DNA of 64,000 bases, from positions 274,415 to 338,414 of the forward strand of contig NW_015165305.1 of assembly GCF_001447785.1 (NCBI RefSeq), given 5' to 3'. Positions 48,288 to 59,991 of the stretch are shown here, in pieces. Every line of letters starts with the position of its first letter. Position 1 is the first letter of the stretch. A program made the position numbers and the translations under genes. The notes under the pieces are model-generated. The model was not told the DNA's origin and did not search any database. It saw only the letters and a list, made by a program, of their open reading frames with translations. The DNA is from Gekko japonicus (lineage: Eukaryota).

Positions 48288-48923
48288 CAGGGGTGGCCAA
48301 ACTGTGGCTTGGGAGCCATATGTGGCTGTTTCACACATACTATGTGGCTCCCAGCAGGGCGGCTGAGGAGGGGAAGGGGAGGCATGCCTCCCTGATCAGT
48401 CTTCCCTTCCCCAGCCAGTGTTTCCCTCCCTAGGTAGGTTTGAGGCTGCGAGGGAGCAGAGAAAGAAAGCAACTTTAACTGTAAATGCATTCTCAAAGCC
48501 CCCTCCCCCATCCCCGGCCGGCTTGGAGGTAGGGTCTCTTTAAATCCCTTCGCCAAGAGCGGGGGGCTCCCAGCCGGCGTCTGGGTGTGTGTGCGCGCGT
48601 CACCCGGAAGTGATGTCGCATGCTGGGGGCCGGGCCACGGTTTTTTGAGGGGAAAACAAAGAGTTTCCCCCNNNNNNNNNNNNNNNNNNNNNNNNNNNNN
48701 NNNNNNNNNNNNNNNNNNNNNNNNNNNNNNNNNNNNNNNNNNNNNNNNNNNNNNNNNNNNNNNNNNNNNNNCTTGGCTTGGAGATGGCATTTGTCTCTTT
48801 AATTTAATATGCAAATATGTATATTTTTCAAGAAAAATGTGTGTGTTCATGTCTTGTGGCTCTCAAACATCTGACATTTTTTTCCTATGTGGCTCTTATG
48901 TGAAACAAGTTTGGCCACCCCTG
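48288..48923. mobile_element. hAT non-autonomous element (contains a gap)
   Basis: 16-bp TIR caggggtggccaaact/agtttggccacccctg; TSD ctctggag/ctccggag; CpG-rich interior. Confidence 0.9.
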
Positions 48924-49224
48924 CTCCGGAGTAATGATTTAGTGCTTGGGGTGGGGGGCAGCTATTCTCCCCAGTAAATGATGATTCCCACAAGTGTGCT
49001 GAGGGAGAGCAGTCTGTACTGTGGATAAAATTTGAGCTGTAGAATTGAAACCGAACAGTGAAAAAAGTATTAGCTTAGGCAGTCAGTTCAGGCAGATGAC
49101 TAGGGAAAAAAAAGGTTTCAGTGATAGCTTTTTTATGTTGTTAAAAAACCCAAAACACAGTTTATAATCCTTCAGCAATTCTCATACATGCAGGCCCTAT
49201 GACAAAGCTTCATTTCAAACAGAA

Positions 49225-50246
49225 GCCAACTAAAGCCCTACTTTATGAGTGACAAGTCCACCATATTTCCAGTAGCATTCTTGCTCTGAGTCGCATCAGT
49301 GCAGTATAATGTCTTGTACTGCACAGCCATAAGTGTAAAAAGCATAATTCTGGCCATATCAAATTAGTGCAGTGTCTCTGCGTTTCAAAAAAAACCCCTC
49401 TGCAATTAAACATCTAAGCAAGCCCTACCTAGCTAAGGAGATTAAGTGGTTTTGCACTGAATTCGGTATGCAGTATGTGTGTATGTTTCCCATCACCAAG
49501 TGGCCACAATCTTAAGGCTTGGCATTTCCTGTGTGTTTGGTAAGTACTGAGGGATTATCATAAAAGAAAGTACCCTGGGTTGTGTTTATGTCCTTTTTTA
49601 TTTTAGTTCTGTCCTTCCTCCTCTTGTTCGCACCTCCATTAGTTTAGGCTGAGAGATGGTAACAGGCCCAAGGTTGAGCTGAGTGGGTTTATGAACCTGG
49701 GTGTCCTAAATCTTAGTCTGACTAGGAGGCGACACTGCCAACTAAAGCCCTACTTTATGAGTGACATGTCCACCATATTTCCAGTAGCATTCTTCCTCTG
49801 AGTCGCACCAGTGCAGTATAATTTCTTGTACTGCACAGCCATATGTGTAAAAAGTATAATTCTGGCCATATCAAATTAGTGCAGTGTCTCTGCATTTCAA
49901 AAAACCCCTATGCAATTAAACATCTAAGCAAGCCCTACCTAGCTAAGGAGATTAAGTGGTTTTGTACTGAATTCGGTATGCAGTATGTGTGTATGTTTCC
50001 CATCACCAAGTGGCCACAATCTTAAGGCTTGGCATTTCCTGTGTGTTTGGTAAGTACTGAGGGATTATCATAAAAGAAAGTACCCTGGGTTGTGTTTATG
50101 TCCTTTTTTATTTTAGTTCTGTCCTTCCTCCTCTTGTTCGCACCTCCATTAGTTTAGGCTGAGAGATGGTAACAGGCCCAAGGTTGAGCTGAGTGGGTTT
50201 ATGAACCTGGGTGTCCTAAATCTTAGTCTGACTAGGAGGCGACACT
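49225..50246. repeat. Tandem duplication, about 2 x 511 bp
   Basis: 49225-49736 and 49737-50246 are near-identical. Confidence 0.95.
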
Positions 50247-50261
50247 GTCTCTTAGTCTGGT

Positions 50262-50448
50262 CACATGAAGATGCCTTCTATTGAATCAGACCATTGGTAT
50301 TGTCTACTCAGACTGGCAGTGACTCTTCAGGGTCTCAGACAGAGATGTTTCACATCGCTTTTTACCTAATGCTTTTACTTGGAGATGTCAGGGACTGAAC
50401 CTGGGACCTTTTGCATGCCAAGCAGATACTCTACCACTGAGCCCTTCC
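50262..50448 (-). mobile_element. tRNA-derived SINE with CR1-like tail
   Basis: Reverse complement ggctcagtggtagagtatctgcttggcatgcaaaaggtcccaggttcagtccctgacatctcc is a tRNA-like head with A/B boxes. Confidence 0.8.
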
Positions 50449-50569
50449 CCAGATAGATAGATGGGACAGTAAGAACAAAAATGGAATTAATCTTTTGAAT
50501 AGCGTTGCTGGTGTACAGCAACAGGGGAGGGACGTGGCCTCCATGCCCTGCATGTAAGCCGTCTAGGAG

Positions 50570-51205
50570 CACCTAATTGGCTGCTATGGGAAACATGATG
50601 CTGGGCTAGATGGACTATAGGACAGACAGAAGGAAACTCTTTACTCAACAAGTAATGAAATTGTGTCATTCACACTCAGTGGAGGTAGTGATGGCCACAA
50701 GCACAGATGTTTAAAGGGCATAAGGACATAAGAGAAGCCAGTGGCCCATCCTGTTCAACACTCTGTCACACAGTGGCCAAAAATAGCAGGTGCCAGGACA
50801 CTAGAAGCCCTCCCACTGTTGCCTCCCCCCAAGCACCAAGAACACAGTGCATCACTTGCCCCAGACTGAGAGTTCCTATCTATACCTTGTGGCTAATAGC
50901 CACTGATGGACCTCTGCTCCATATGTTTATCTAATTCCCCCTTGAAGTCGTAATTCCCTTTTGAAGGGTAGGGTGGGGGTGGGGTATGACACATTCATGG
51001 AGGACCGGTTCATCAATGGGTACTAGCTATGGTTAGTCAAGGGAACCTTTATATTCAGAGGCAGTACATTTCTGAAACCCAAGCAACATTAGGGAAGGCC
51101 TTGGCCTCTGTGCCCTGTTGGCTCTCGAGAAACTGGTTGGCTGCTGTGTGAAACAGGACACTGGACCTCTAGTCTGATCCGGCAGGGCTCTTCTTATGTT
51201 CTTGT
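50570..51205. mobile_element. Cluster of CR1 3'-end fragments in both orientations
   Basis: aaggaaactctttactcaac...; cataaggacataagagaagcc (minus); ...ctgatccggcagggctcttcttatgttctt (plus). Confidence 0.75.
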
Positions 51206-51865
51206 GATCATTGGTCTGATGCAGCATGTGTGGAGTCCTAGCCATGGGTGGAGATGTCCCCACTCATAAGGGTAACTGTACCAATGGAGCTCTGTTATGA
51301 TTTTTCATGTTTTCTTATGTCCTGTGGCTGTTAGTTGATTTAGTTAATTGTCACATGTGTAACCACCTCATTCCTCCAGGGTTATCCCATTTTCTCTTCA
51401 CAACAATCATATTAAAACAGGCTGAGATTTAGTTAGTTGCTCAAGGTCACTCGATAAGCCTCAGAGATGAGTAGGGGTTTCAACCTAGGTCCCTGATGTA
51501 GTAGGTTCAACTTGTTAATACATGTATTTCTGTCTCTGCTCCTCTACTGCTGTTTCTATGTTTCTTATTCATTCGTGTTCCCACCTTTCAAGGCTGTGGA
51601 GGGTATGCTTTGGAGAGGGAGAGAGAGAGGGAGATGCACAGTCTGCTGTTTGCCATTCTAGAATTTTGCCGATATCTTTGCAAGAGTACATTTTTTTAAA
51701 ATGTGGATTTGTAAGTCACGGGACCTTCTTTTTTCTGGGATACTTGGGACTATATAATGTCATAAAGCAAGTAAAAATAGTGGTGCAGTGGGGAGTTGGT
51801 TAGAATGGAAGATATAACCTGATGTCCAGACAATTATAATAAAGAATATAGCACAAATGTTAGTG

Positions 51866-52050
51866 AGAGCCAGTTTGATTCTCCACTCCTTCACATGCAG
51901 CTTCTGGTGTGACCTTGGGTCAATTATAAATTCTTTCATCAGAGCTGTTCTCTCAGGAGCAGTCCTCGAAAGAGCTCTCTCAGCCCCACCTGCCTCACAG
52001 GGTGTCTGTTGTGGGGAGGGGAAGGGAAAGGAGATTGTAAGCCACTCTGC
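51866..52050 (+). mobile_element. Squam3-like SINE, internally deleted
   Basis: agagccagtttg...ctcagccccacctgcctcacagggtgtctgttgtggggagggg. Confidence 0.8.
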
Positions 52051-52734
52051 TCAACTCTCCTCCACCTCCTCCCTTTAAAAATTAAACCAAATCAGGTTTG
52101 GGACTGTAATTTTGGTAGGATGTTGTATAAGGAGAGCGCTGCACAAGGTATACATGGGGTATGAATTATGTAGAATAAAGTTGATGCAGGCAATCCTGAA
52201 TTTTTATCTCTTGTTTAGTAGTGCAGGGTTTGTTGCACAAGTTTTTTGTTTGTCCCTTTGGACCACTATGGCCAGTTTTATCAGGGGACGGGGGAGGAAC
52301 AGGGGAAGGGGAAATATCAGTCAGCTGTGACAAAGTGTGCTTCAGCCTGGACATGAATGTGCTGTTTCATGTACAGCGGCTCTTACAGGCTCAGCAAGCT
52401 CCTGAAGCAGGTTTGGGCAGATTGCACCTTGTCGCTGCTGCTGGCCTTAAACCAGAACAGGCTGTGACTGGCTTAGTGGGTGGGTACTGCAATACCTACC
52501 CATGAGCCCCGAGGGCTGGTCATGGTACCATGAGCACAGGCAACTCAGTTGCTAAGTAACCACTGAGGCTGGGGGTGTAGGGGTCTTGTTCATTCTTTAA
52601 ATGGCTTGGAAATCAAACTGGAACAAGCTGGAGTGAGGGAACTGGGCCTTTGATCGAAGGGTCAAAAAGTATTTTTCTAGAACTGTACCACCTCAGCCTG
52701 CAGACTGATATTTGCACACTCTGTGGAATAGCAG

Positions 52735-52929
52735 CCTAACAGGCCAGACTAGCCTGATATTGTCAGAGCCTGGAGGCTAGTCTGGATCAGCCCTGGGTAG
52801 TAGTACTTGGATGGGAGACCACTGTGGAAGACCGGGAGTGCTATGCCCAGGAAGGCAATGGCAAACTTCATCCCTTGCCTTGAAGATCCCATGGGGTCTC
52901 CATGAGTTGGTGCTACTTGATTGCACACA
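52735..52929 (+). mobile_element. 5S-derived SINE3 with RTE-like tail
   Basis: agtacttggatgggagaccact...atggggtctccatgagttgg. Confidence 0.75.
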
Positions 52930-52937
52930 GTTATTAT

Positions 52938-53444
52938 CAGGGGTCGTTTTGTAGAAAAAGGGGTGCAGGAGCTCATTAGCATAACTCATTAGCATAACTC
53001 ATTAGCATAACTCATTAGCATAACTTATTTGCATATGCCACACCCCCTGACATCACCGGAAGTGTGTCAGAAGGCAACACCCACCGCTCAGGCTCCACTG
53101 GACTGTTTTGGATTGCTAGCTATTGGGGGGGGGACGTGCAGATCTGTCCTCACAGAGGAGGGAGAGCTTGTGCCTGAATAAAACTTGGTCTTAAAGGTGC
53201 CACTGGACTGTTTTGGACCGGGGGGAGCTCTGCAACTTACCTGACTGCTTCTTGCTCTGACTGAGGGCTGCTNNNNNNNNNNNNNNNNGCGATCGTTTCC
53301 AACTTACCTGGCTGCTTCTTGCTCCTTGTGGCCTGACTGAGGGCTGCTGGGAGCAGGGGGCGGGCCTTGTTGCATGTGCCCGCCCCCTGGGCTCCTTACT
53401 GCCGGAGCTCCGCTCCTGTGCGCTCCCGCAGGAAATGACCCCTG
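52938..53444. mobile_element. hAT MITE family B, copy 1, with a 13-bp tandem array
   Basis: TIR caggggtc(g/a)ttt / aaatgacccctg; 8-bp TSD gttattat; (CTCATTAGCATAA)4 at 52972-53023. Confidence 0.93.
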
Positions 53445-53749
53445 GTTATTATTATGAAAATGCTCTGTGTTCTTATAAAATTGGCATGCAGTAGAGAAGG
53501 CTAAGTTGATCCCTTTGTTCTGACGTACTTTTAACATGGAAGGAGGTTCCCCCCCCCCAATGGAGGATCATTCAGATATGCTGACCTTCACCTGCAGTCT
53601 GATGTGGTACAGCCCAGGAAGACCTTCTGTCACATGATTCTGCTGCTTGTACAAATGGGGTCCAACAGAAAGCACCACAAGTGCATCCTGTTGCTAAAAA
53701 TAATTTGAGTGTGGTGATGGGAATAAAATGACCTTTCTTTCTAAAAAAG

Positions 53750-54259
53750 ATTCAGCAGGCTCCAGGACTGCCAGCCGGACCACGGATACCCCGTCTGAGG
53801 AAGACTCTGGAGCCCTGAAAACGCCCCAGGACACGTGGGGGAATATGGGTAAGGCAACGTCCTCAGAGAGGACTGCCAGCCGGACCACGGATACCCCGTC
53901 TGAGGAAGACTCTGGAGCCCTGAAAACGCCCCAGGACACGTGGGGGAATATGGGTGAGGCAACGTCCTCAGAGTGGGAGGAAGACAAGCGACTGGGTGAA
54001 CAGGGCAGCTCTTCAGATGATGAACTTACTATTCAAACAACAGGGCCTAGAAAGTTTCCAGCGTTCCTCTCTTCACCGACCCTTAAGGCCAGGGAGGAAC
54101 TGAAGGACATAGAAAGCCAAACAAGGACCTTCTTTTGGGGAGAAAAGCCTCACCAATGTCGTGAGTGTGGGGAGAGCTTCAGAGTGAAGCAAGAACTTGC
54201 TTTGCACAAGAGAATCCACTGGCGGGAGAGGCCCTTCCCCTGTGCTGTTTGCGGGAAGA
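53750..54259 (+). CDS. SCAN-ZNF gene 2, zinc-finger exon (continues into a 950-N gap)
   Basis: Acceptor ctttctttctaaaaaag| (phase 1); [40 protein letters not shown]; several AATAAA at 55.3-55.5 kb after the gap. Confidence 0.85.
53764..53973 (+). repeat. In-frame coding tandem duplication, 2 x 105 bp (35 aa)
   Basis: [29 protein letters not shown](K/E)ATSSE twice; one nucleotide difference. Confidence 0.97.
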
Positions 54260-55209
54260 NNNNNNNNNNNNNNNNNNNNNNNNNNNNNNNNNNNNNNNNN
54301 NNNNNNNNNNNNNNNNNNNNNNNNNNNNNNNNNNNNNNNNNNNNNNNNNNNNNNNNNNNNNNNNNNNNNNNNNNNNNNNNNNNNNNNNNNNNNNNNNNNN
54401 NNNNNNNNNNNNNNNNNNNNNNNNNNNNNNNNNNNNNNNNNNNNNNNNNNNNNNNNNNNNNNNNNNNNNNNNNNNNNNNNNNNNNNNNNNNNNNNNNNNN
54501 NNNNNNNNNNNNNNNNNNNNNNNNNNNNNNNNNNNNNNNNNNNNNNNNNNNNNNNNNNNNNNNNNNNNNNNNNNNNNNNNNNNNNNNNNNNNNNNNNNNN
54601 NNNNNNNNNNNNNNNNNNNNNNNNNNNNNNNNNNNNNNNNNNNNNNNNNNNNNNNNNNNNNNNNNNNNNNNNNNNNNNNNNNNNNNNNNNNNNNNNNNNN
54701 NNNNNNNNNNNNNNNNNNNNNNNNNNNNNNNNNNNNNNNNNNNNNNNNNNNNNNNNNNNNNNNNNNNNNNNNNNNNNNNNNNNNNNNNNNNNNNNNNNNN
54801 NNNNNNNNNNNNNNNNNNNNNNNNNNNNNNNNNNNNNNNNNNNNNNNNNNNNNNNNNNNNNNNNNNNNNNNNNNNNNNNNNNNNNNNNNNNNNNNNNNNN
54901 NNNNNNNNNNNNNNNNNNNNNNNNNNNNNNNNNNNNNNNNNNNNNNNNNNNNNNNNNNNNNNNNNNNNNNNNNNNNNNNNNNNNNNNNNNNNNNNNNNNN
55001 NNNNNNNNNNNNNNNNNNNNNNNNNNNNNNNNNNNNNNNNNNNNNNNNNNNNNNNNNNNNNNNNNNNNNNNNNNNNNNNNNNNNNNNNNNNNNNNNNNNN
55101 NNNNNNNNNNNNNNNNNNNNNNNNNNNNNNNNNNNNNNNNNNNNNNNNNNNNNNNNNNNNNNNNNNNNNNNNNNNNNNNNNNNNNNNNNNNNNNNNNNNN
55201 NNNNNNNNT
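54260..55209. other. Assembly gap hiding most of the C2H2 array of gene 2
   Basis: Run of N that begins mid-finger. Confidence 0.95.
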
Positions 55210-55847
55210 ACTAACCATTCCCATATGGATGCATTTTCTGGGGCAGTGAATGACAAGGGGAAAATCTCTTAATCCAGTACATTCTGCCCCATGAGCATGC
55301 TGGTAATAAAAAGACAAAAATTCACTTACATCTCAGGGATGGGGAGGTTTGTTTTTTGTTTTTTTAATAAAGGTGAACAAATAAAATATGATATCTCTGC
55401 CATTGTTGCATGGAAGATTATTAACTGGATACCACAGAAGATTGCTGCATATAACCCAAAGTCATTGTATATGTAGAAGTTCTAAAAGTTACTCCTTGGG
55501 GCCTCCTTGTGCTAAATAAAAGTGATTGTATCCCCACCATCTTTTCCATGCACACCTGACATAGTGCAAGATACCTCTTCTCATAAAATTTCAAAACCAA
55601 ATTAAATGAGATCATGTGTACCAACTGTTGTACATTCCATGTGGTTGTTATTAAAATTACATGGAGATGCTACACATTATTGCAGCTGTGCTAACTGCTT
55701 GCACAAGTGGAATTGCACAAAGTTCATTTTTTGCTCACAGAGTGGTTCTAATGGAGTTATCTCCATTAACTTTTTTGTGTTTTTCTGCATCTCCTGCAAA
55801 CGGCTCTAAGGAGACACTTCAAGCAAAAATTCTGCTGCATCTTTAAG

Positions 55848-56132
55848 ATCATAAGAGGAACCCTGCTAGTTCAGCCCAGTGGACCATCTAGTTCATCATC
55901 CTGTTTTATTTTACTAGTTTCCCTGGAGGGCCAAGCTACAGGGCATAGAGGCCAAAGCCTCCCCTGATGTTGCCTCCTAGAAGTGGTGTTCAGAGATTTA
56001 TCGACTCTAAAAATGGAGATTCCCTTTAGTCACCTTGGCTAGTAGCCACTGATGAACCTATCCTCCTATCCTCTGATGAACCTATTCTGTCTAATCCCAT
56101 TTTGAAGTCATCCATGCTTATGGCCATCACCA
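55848..56132 (-). mobile_element. CR1 3' end fragment
   Basis: taagatcataagagg...ccatctagt...gtctaatcccattttgaag. Confidence 0.8.
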
Positions 56133-56727
56133 GCAAGTGAGTGCATTCTTTCAACCCCTGCTGGTCAGAATATTATTTTGCATATAGACTGTGTTTTTAT
56201 TAGTGACCGTTCCCTGTAAGGTATGTTAGTATTATTATTAGGAGGCTATGACTGGCTTACCGAAGGCTTCCTGGGAGTTCATGACCGTGGACTTGAACCA
56301 CAGACTTTGGTTTCCACCCCAGGTCCATATTTTATGCAGTATCAGGTGGTAAAATATGTATGAAAGATGGAGAGTGAGGACTCCATAAGCTGAAATGCAC
56401 AGGTGAGCTGGCTCACAAGTAGCTAAGTTCACACTGGCTGAGATGAGCAAGCATTGTTTCCAAGTAATTTTACTTTCCTCCGATGTGGACCTGTCCTGAA
56501 ATTGCTCAAACTGGTCTTCACGGGCTCCTCCTGTGGTGGCCCTTCAGTCACCTGCTTTCCATAAGAAGATACTAGTTGCAGTTGGCAGGCATTCGAACCA
56601 GAGCACAGCAAAGGGACCTGTACCGTACAGGCTTGTGTGTCTAGTCTGGGCTGGTCTATATGGGAGAGCGCATCAGAAACTTTATGCAGAATACCATTCC
56701 CCCCTCCGTACGTGCATGTATTTTTAC

Positions 56728-56850
56728 GAGATGGGTAGCTGTATTAGTTTGTCTAGCAGCAGAGAAGAACAAGAGACCAGTAGCATCTTAAAAACTTTTT
56801 TCAGGTAGTCTTTAAGGTGTTACTGGATTCTTCCTCTTTTTCTACTGTAT
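56728..56850. mobile_element. Internally deleted Penelope-type hairpin remnant
   Basis: gggtagctgtattagtttg...ccagtagcatcttaaa / ttaaggtgttactgg inverted arms. Confidence 0.6.
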
Positions 56851-56951
56851 TTTTACAGTGTTTCTTCTTCCACAGATGAATTCAGAGTAATTTTTTTCAT
56901 TCTCCCCCCCCATATAACATATATANNNNNNNNNNNNNNNNNNNNNNNNNN

Positions 56952-58850
56952 TATTTTTATTTTTTCAATAAGACTACAAACTACAAAGAAAAATATAGGA
57001 AGGGGAACTACAACTATGGATAAAGGAAAGAAACCCACACTAACTAAAAACCCAAGAGTGGGAGACCCCCTTTATGTTAACCTTAATATTAGTATTAAAA
57101 GAGTTAGTAAAACAATATACTTGTAGTTCTTGTTTTTCACATTGTTCTATATTAGTAAATTAGTTATTATGAGAGAATGTTCTGAGCATCTTCTTTATTT
57201 CAAAGAGCCATTTATCAGAGTCCTTCTGCCCTTACTTCGGCTTTCTGTCTCTAAAATCATATACAGTTTTCATTGCTCCCGCACCCGCTTCTGCAACAGA
57301 GTCCTCATCCGTTCCCGAGGCAGCTGAGTCACTTGACTTAGTTTCTTCCTCTTTAGATTCTTCCCCCGATCCCAGCTGGCATTTCAAGAATTCCTTGGCT
57401 TTGAACATGGAGTCTATCTTCTCCCTTCTATCGTTGATTTTAAAGATGACAGATTCAGGATTCGCCCACCTGTACTGTATACCATTTGTTTGAAGAAAAG
57501 TAATTAACTCCTTGTAGCTCTTTCTCTTCTGACGAATTTCAAATGGAATGTTTTTTAAAGTCTTGATAATTGTATTCCCAAATTTCAGTGGAGTTGCTGA
57601 AGTTGCCTTTAATATAGCATCTCTGGTCTGTCTTCTTGCAAATCTCACCACAATCTCTCCAGGCAGGCTAATTTTTTAAATATAATTTGACTAAGCTTTA
57701 NNNNNNNNNNNNNNNNNNNNNNNNNNNNNNNNNNNNNNNNNNNNNNNNNNNNNNNNNNNNNNNNNNNNNNNNNNNNNNNNNNNNNNNNNNNNNNNNNNNN
57801 NNNNNNNNNNNNNNNNNNNNNNNNNNNNNNNNNNNNNNNNNNNNNNNNNNNNNNNNNNNNNNNNNNNNNNNNNNNNNNNNNNNNNNNNNNNNNNNNNNNN
57901 NNNNNNNNNNNNNNNNNNNNNNNNNNNNNNNNNNNNTCTTCTTTTTCTGTCTCAGGAACCCCCTGGTACCTGAGAATCATATTAGCCTTTTCCATTTGCA
58001 ACTGCAGCAAACGATTTTCTTGAAGATTTTGTTTCATTTCCAATTCACCCATTCTTTTCTTCATCTTCTTGCTTGAGGTGTCCATCTCTGTAACTTTCTC
58101 AGCCACCAGCTCCACTTTTTTCCTGTTTCTGCCAGCTGTCGCTGTTGTGAAGGGAAGTTTTGATTTAACGAGGTCAGTTGCTGGTTAATACCATCGAGCT
58201 GATCCATCACTGGCTTGAGCATATCCGCTAACCGCTTCATGACGTCAGCTCCCTCTTCCGGCCTCGGACTCTGAGTACCAGGCTTCGCTTTAAACTTTCC
58301 TCGGGATGCTGCCATTTTTCAACTTTATTTACACTCAAACAGCTTCTCCCAGGCTCGAAGCACTTGTCAATTTGCTATTTGCACTCAAGTAAGTCTTTCA
58401 AAATACACACGCTGTCTGTTTCCTCCCACCCCCCCTTCGCTGCATTTATCTGTCCTTGCACTTCAGAGGCGTCCCTCTTTGCGCTCCGCTTTTCCCACGG
58501 GGGGGGTGCCGTTTATCAAAGTTCATTTACTTAGAACTCACGTTCATTGTTGGTCACATTCCTGACCTCGCTCACATCAATCGTTGCTCCGCTCGGTCTC
58601 CCCCGCTTGTCCTGGTCGGGTTAGCTTGTGCCCTAAGGCCACTCATTGGTAGGACAGTCAGAGTGGAGAGAAGCCTCGACTCTCCGGCAGCAAGCCGTCA
58701 AAGAGGCTATCCCTCAAAGCTCTCTGGCCTGGAGCCTTTCACAAAGGCTCCGTGGGAGTGCCACTTGAGGTGGCACCCCTCCATGCTAATCGCCTCCCCA
58801 AGCTCTGGGGAGAGCGACCGCCATCGCCAATCCATAGACCGGAAGTACCC
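56952..58850 (-). mobile_element. L1-derived element with 5' UTR, ORF1 and short 3' UTR/poly(A), no visible ORF2 (HAL1-like)
   Basis: 5' end gggtacttccgg...gatggcgg; CpG-rich 5' UTR; ORF1 at 58315-57232; AATAAA/A-run at about 56952-56966. Confidence 0.75.
57232..58315 (-). pseudogene. L1 ORF1p (coiled coil, RRM, CTD), disrupted
   Basis: Heptad-rich N-terminus, LRYQGVPE, LPGEIVVRF..RDAIL, IPFEIRQKRK and GIQYRW; frameshift at about 58116; stops at about 57680-57695; N gap at 57701-57936. Confidence 0.88.
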
Positions 58851-59059
58851 CATATATTTCTATGTCAACTCTAATTTTGATGTGATTTGGTTGTTGGAGT
58901 TGATATCGGATGATCTGGGAGTTCTGGCAATTAAATTAATGGTGGCTCATTAGCACACGTAGGTAGTCACTTGAATCAATGAAGAATAAGCACAGAAGTG
59001 CGAACTGATCCTAAGGCATCCTAGGTTTGACTTGGGGTGTATAGCTTTTGCTGTCACTC

Positions 59060-59260
59060 AGGGTCTGACTGGTGTTATGTCAGGTATGGGGGAAATTTGC
59101 CACAATGTCACTGGTGGCTTTAGGCAGCATACGTTCCCTGAGTTTCTGCCAGCAATTTGGAGATAATAAAATCAACCTACCTTAAGGAGTTGTAAGAATT
59201 ACTGAGATGATGCCTGGGAAGTGCTATGCAGAGTATAAAGCAATACGTAAATGTTAAAGG
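59060..59260 (+). mobile_element. Ancient MIR/CORE-like SINE
   Basis: ccctgagtttctgc...ggagataataaaatcaacctacct...gttgtaagaattactgagatgatg; similar core at about 42950-43070. Confidence 0.55.
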
Positions 59261-59413
59261 TTGGATTTGTATAGACATATTGATTTTTAAAAGTTTCCTG
59301 CCTTCTCCTGGGATGTCTTTCTAATAACAGGCTGTGCCTTATTTCCTGTTGCAAGCCAAATGGTGGGCCAGATGGCCTGAACAACTTTATAACCCACATT
59401 CTTCACACTTCCA

Positions 59414-59991
59414 TGCTAGAAGCTAGACCTCATGGCTCCACACTCTGGCCCACTTGCGACCAGTCACGTACACAATGAAGTACCTGGAGTTTGGGTCAGA
59501 TGACTGCAGGCGAGGTCCCAAACGTATAGCCTATCCCCACATGCAGCTATGACAACCAACAATTGGCCACACCCCCTGTCCACTCGTGATTGGCCGAATG
59601 GCCACGGCTAATCATGATTAGATTGGGGTATAATTGATTGATCCCTATGGGAGTGAGCTTTCTTGCTCTCGCTCTCTCCCCTGTCATTGTCTGTTTTATT
59701 GCACCTGAAATGCTGTCTCTTGGAAAACAAAGACCTGCTTTGTGAATTGGACCACATGCTGTGCAAGATGGAATTTCTCTTCAAAATCCCTTGGTATATA
59801 GTTGGACTGTTGGATGTTCCTGAATTGGTAACTATGTATCTTTAATGTGTAGTTAAGGCAAATTGCCCTAGCCTTTGTTATTTTGTAATCTAGTCTGTTT
59901 GCTGTGCTCTGTACTGAATAAAGATCCTTCTTATTTCTAATGGTCTCTGAGGTTGTAACTTGGATTCCAAGTCTAAAATCTTGTGCCTAAC
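59414..59991 (+). mobile_element. Probable solo LTR (boundaries approximate)
   Basis: Several ATTGG boxes, TATA-like ggtataa, internal donor-like ggtaac, AATAAA at about 59917, end cctaacg. No clean TSD. Confidence 0.5.

Noticed and set aside
50380-50448. tRNA gene
   Set aside because: tRNA-like head of a SINE with imperfect stems and a CR1-like tail.
52972-53036. CRISPR-like array
   Set aside because: Contiguous 13-bp tandem repeat with no spacers, in a eukaryotic MITE.
54073-55317. Long ORFs of 350-514 aa
   Set aside because: Artefacts of translating N runs.
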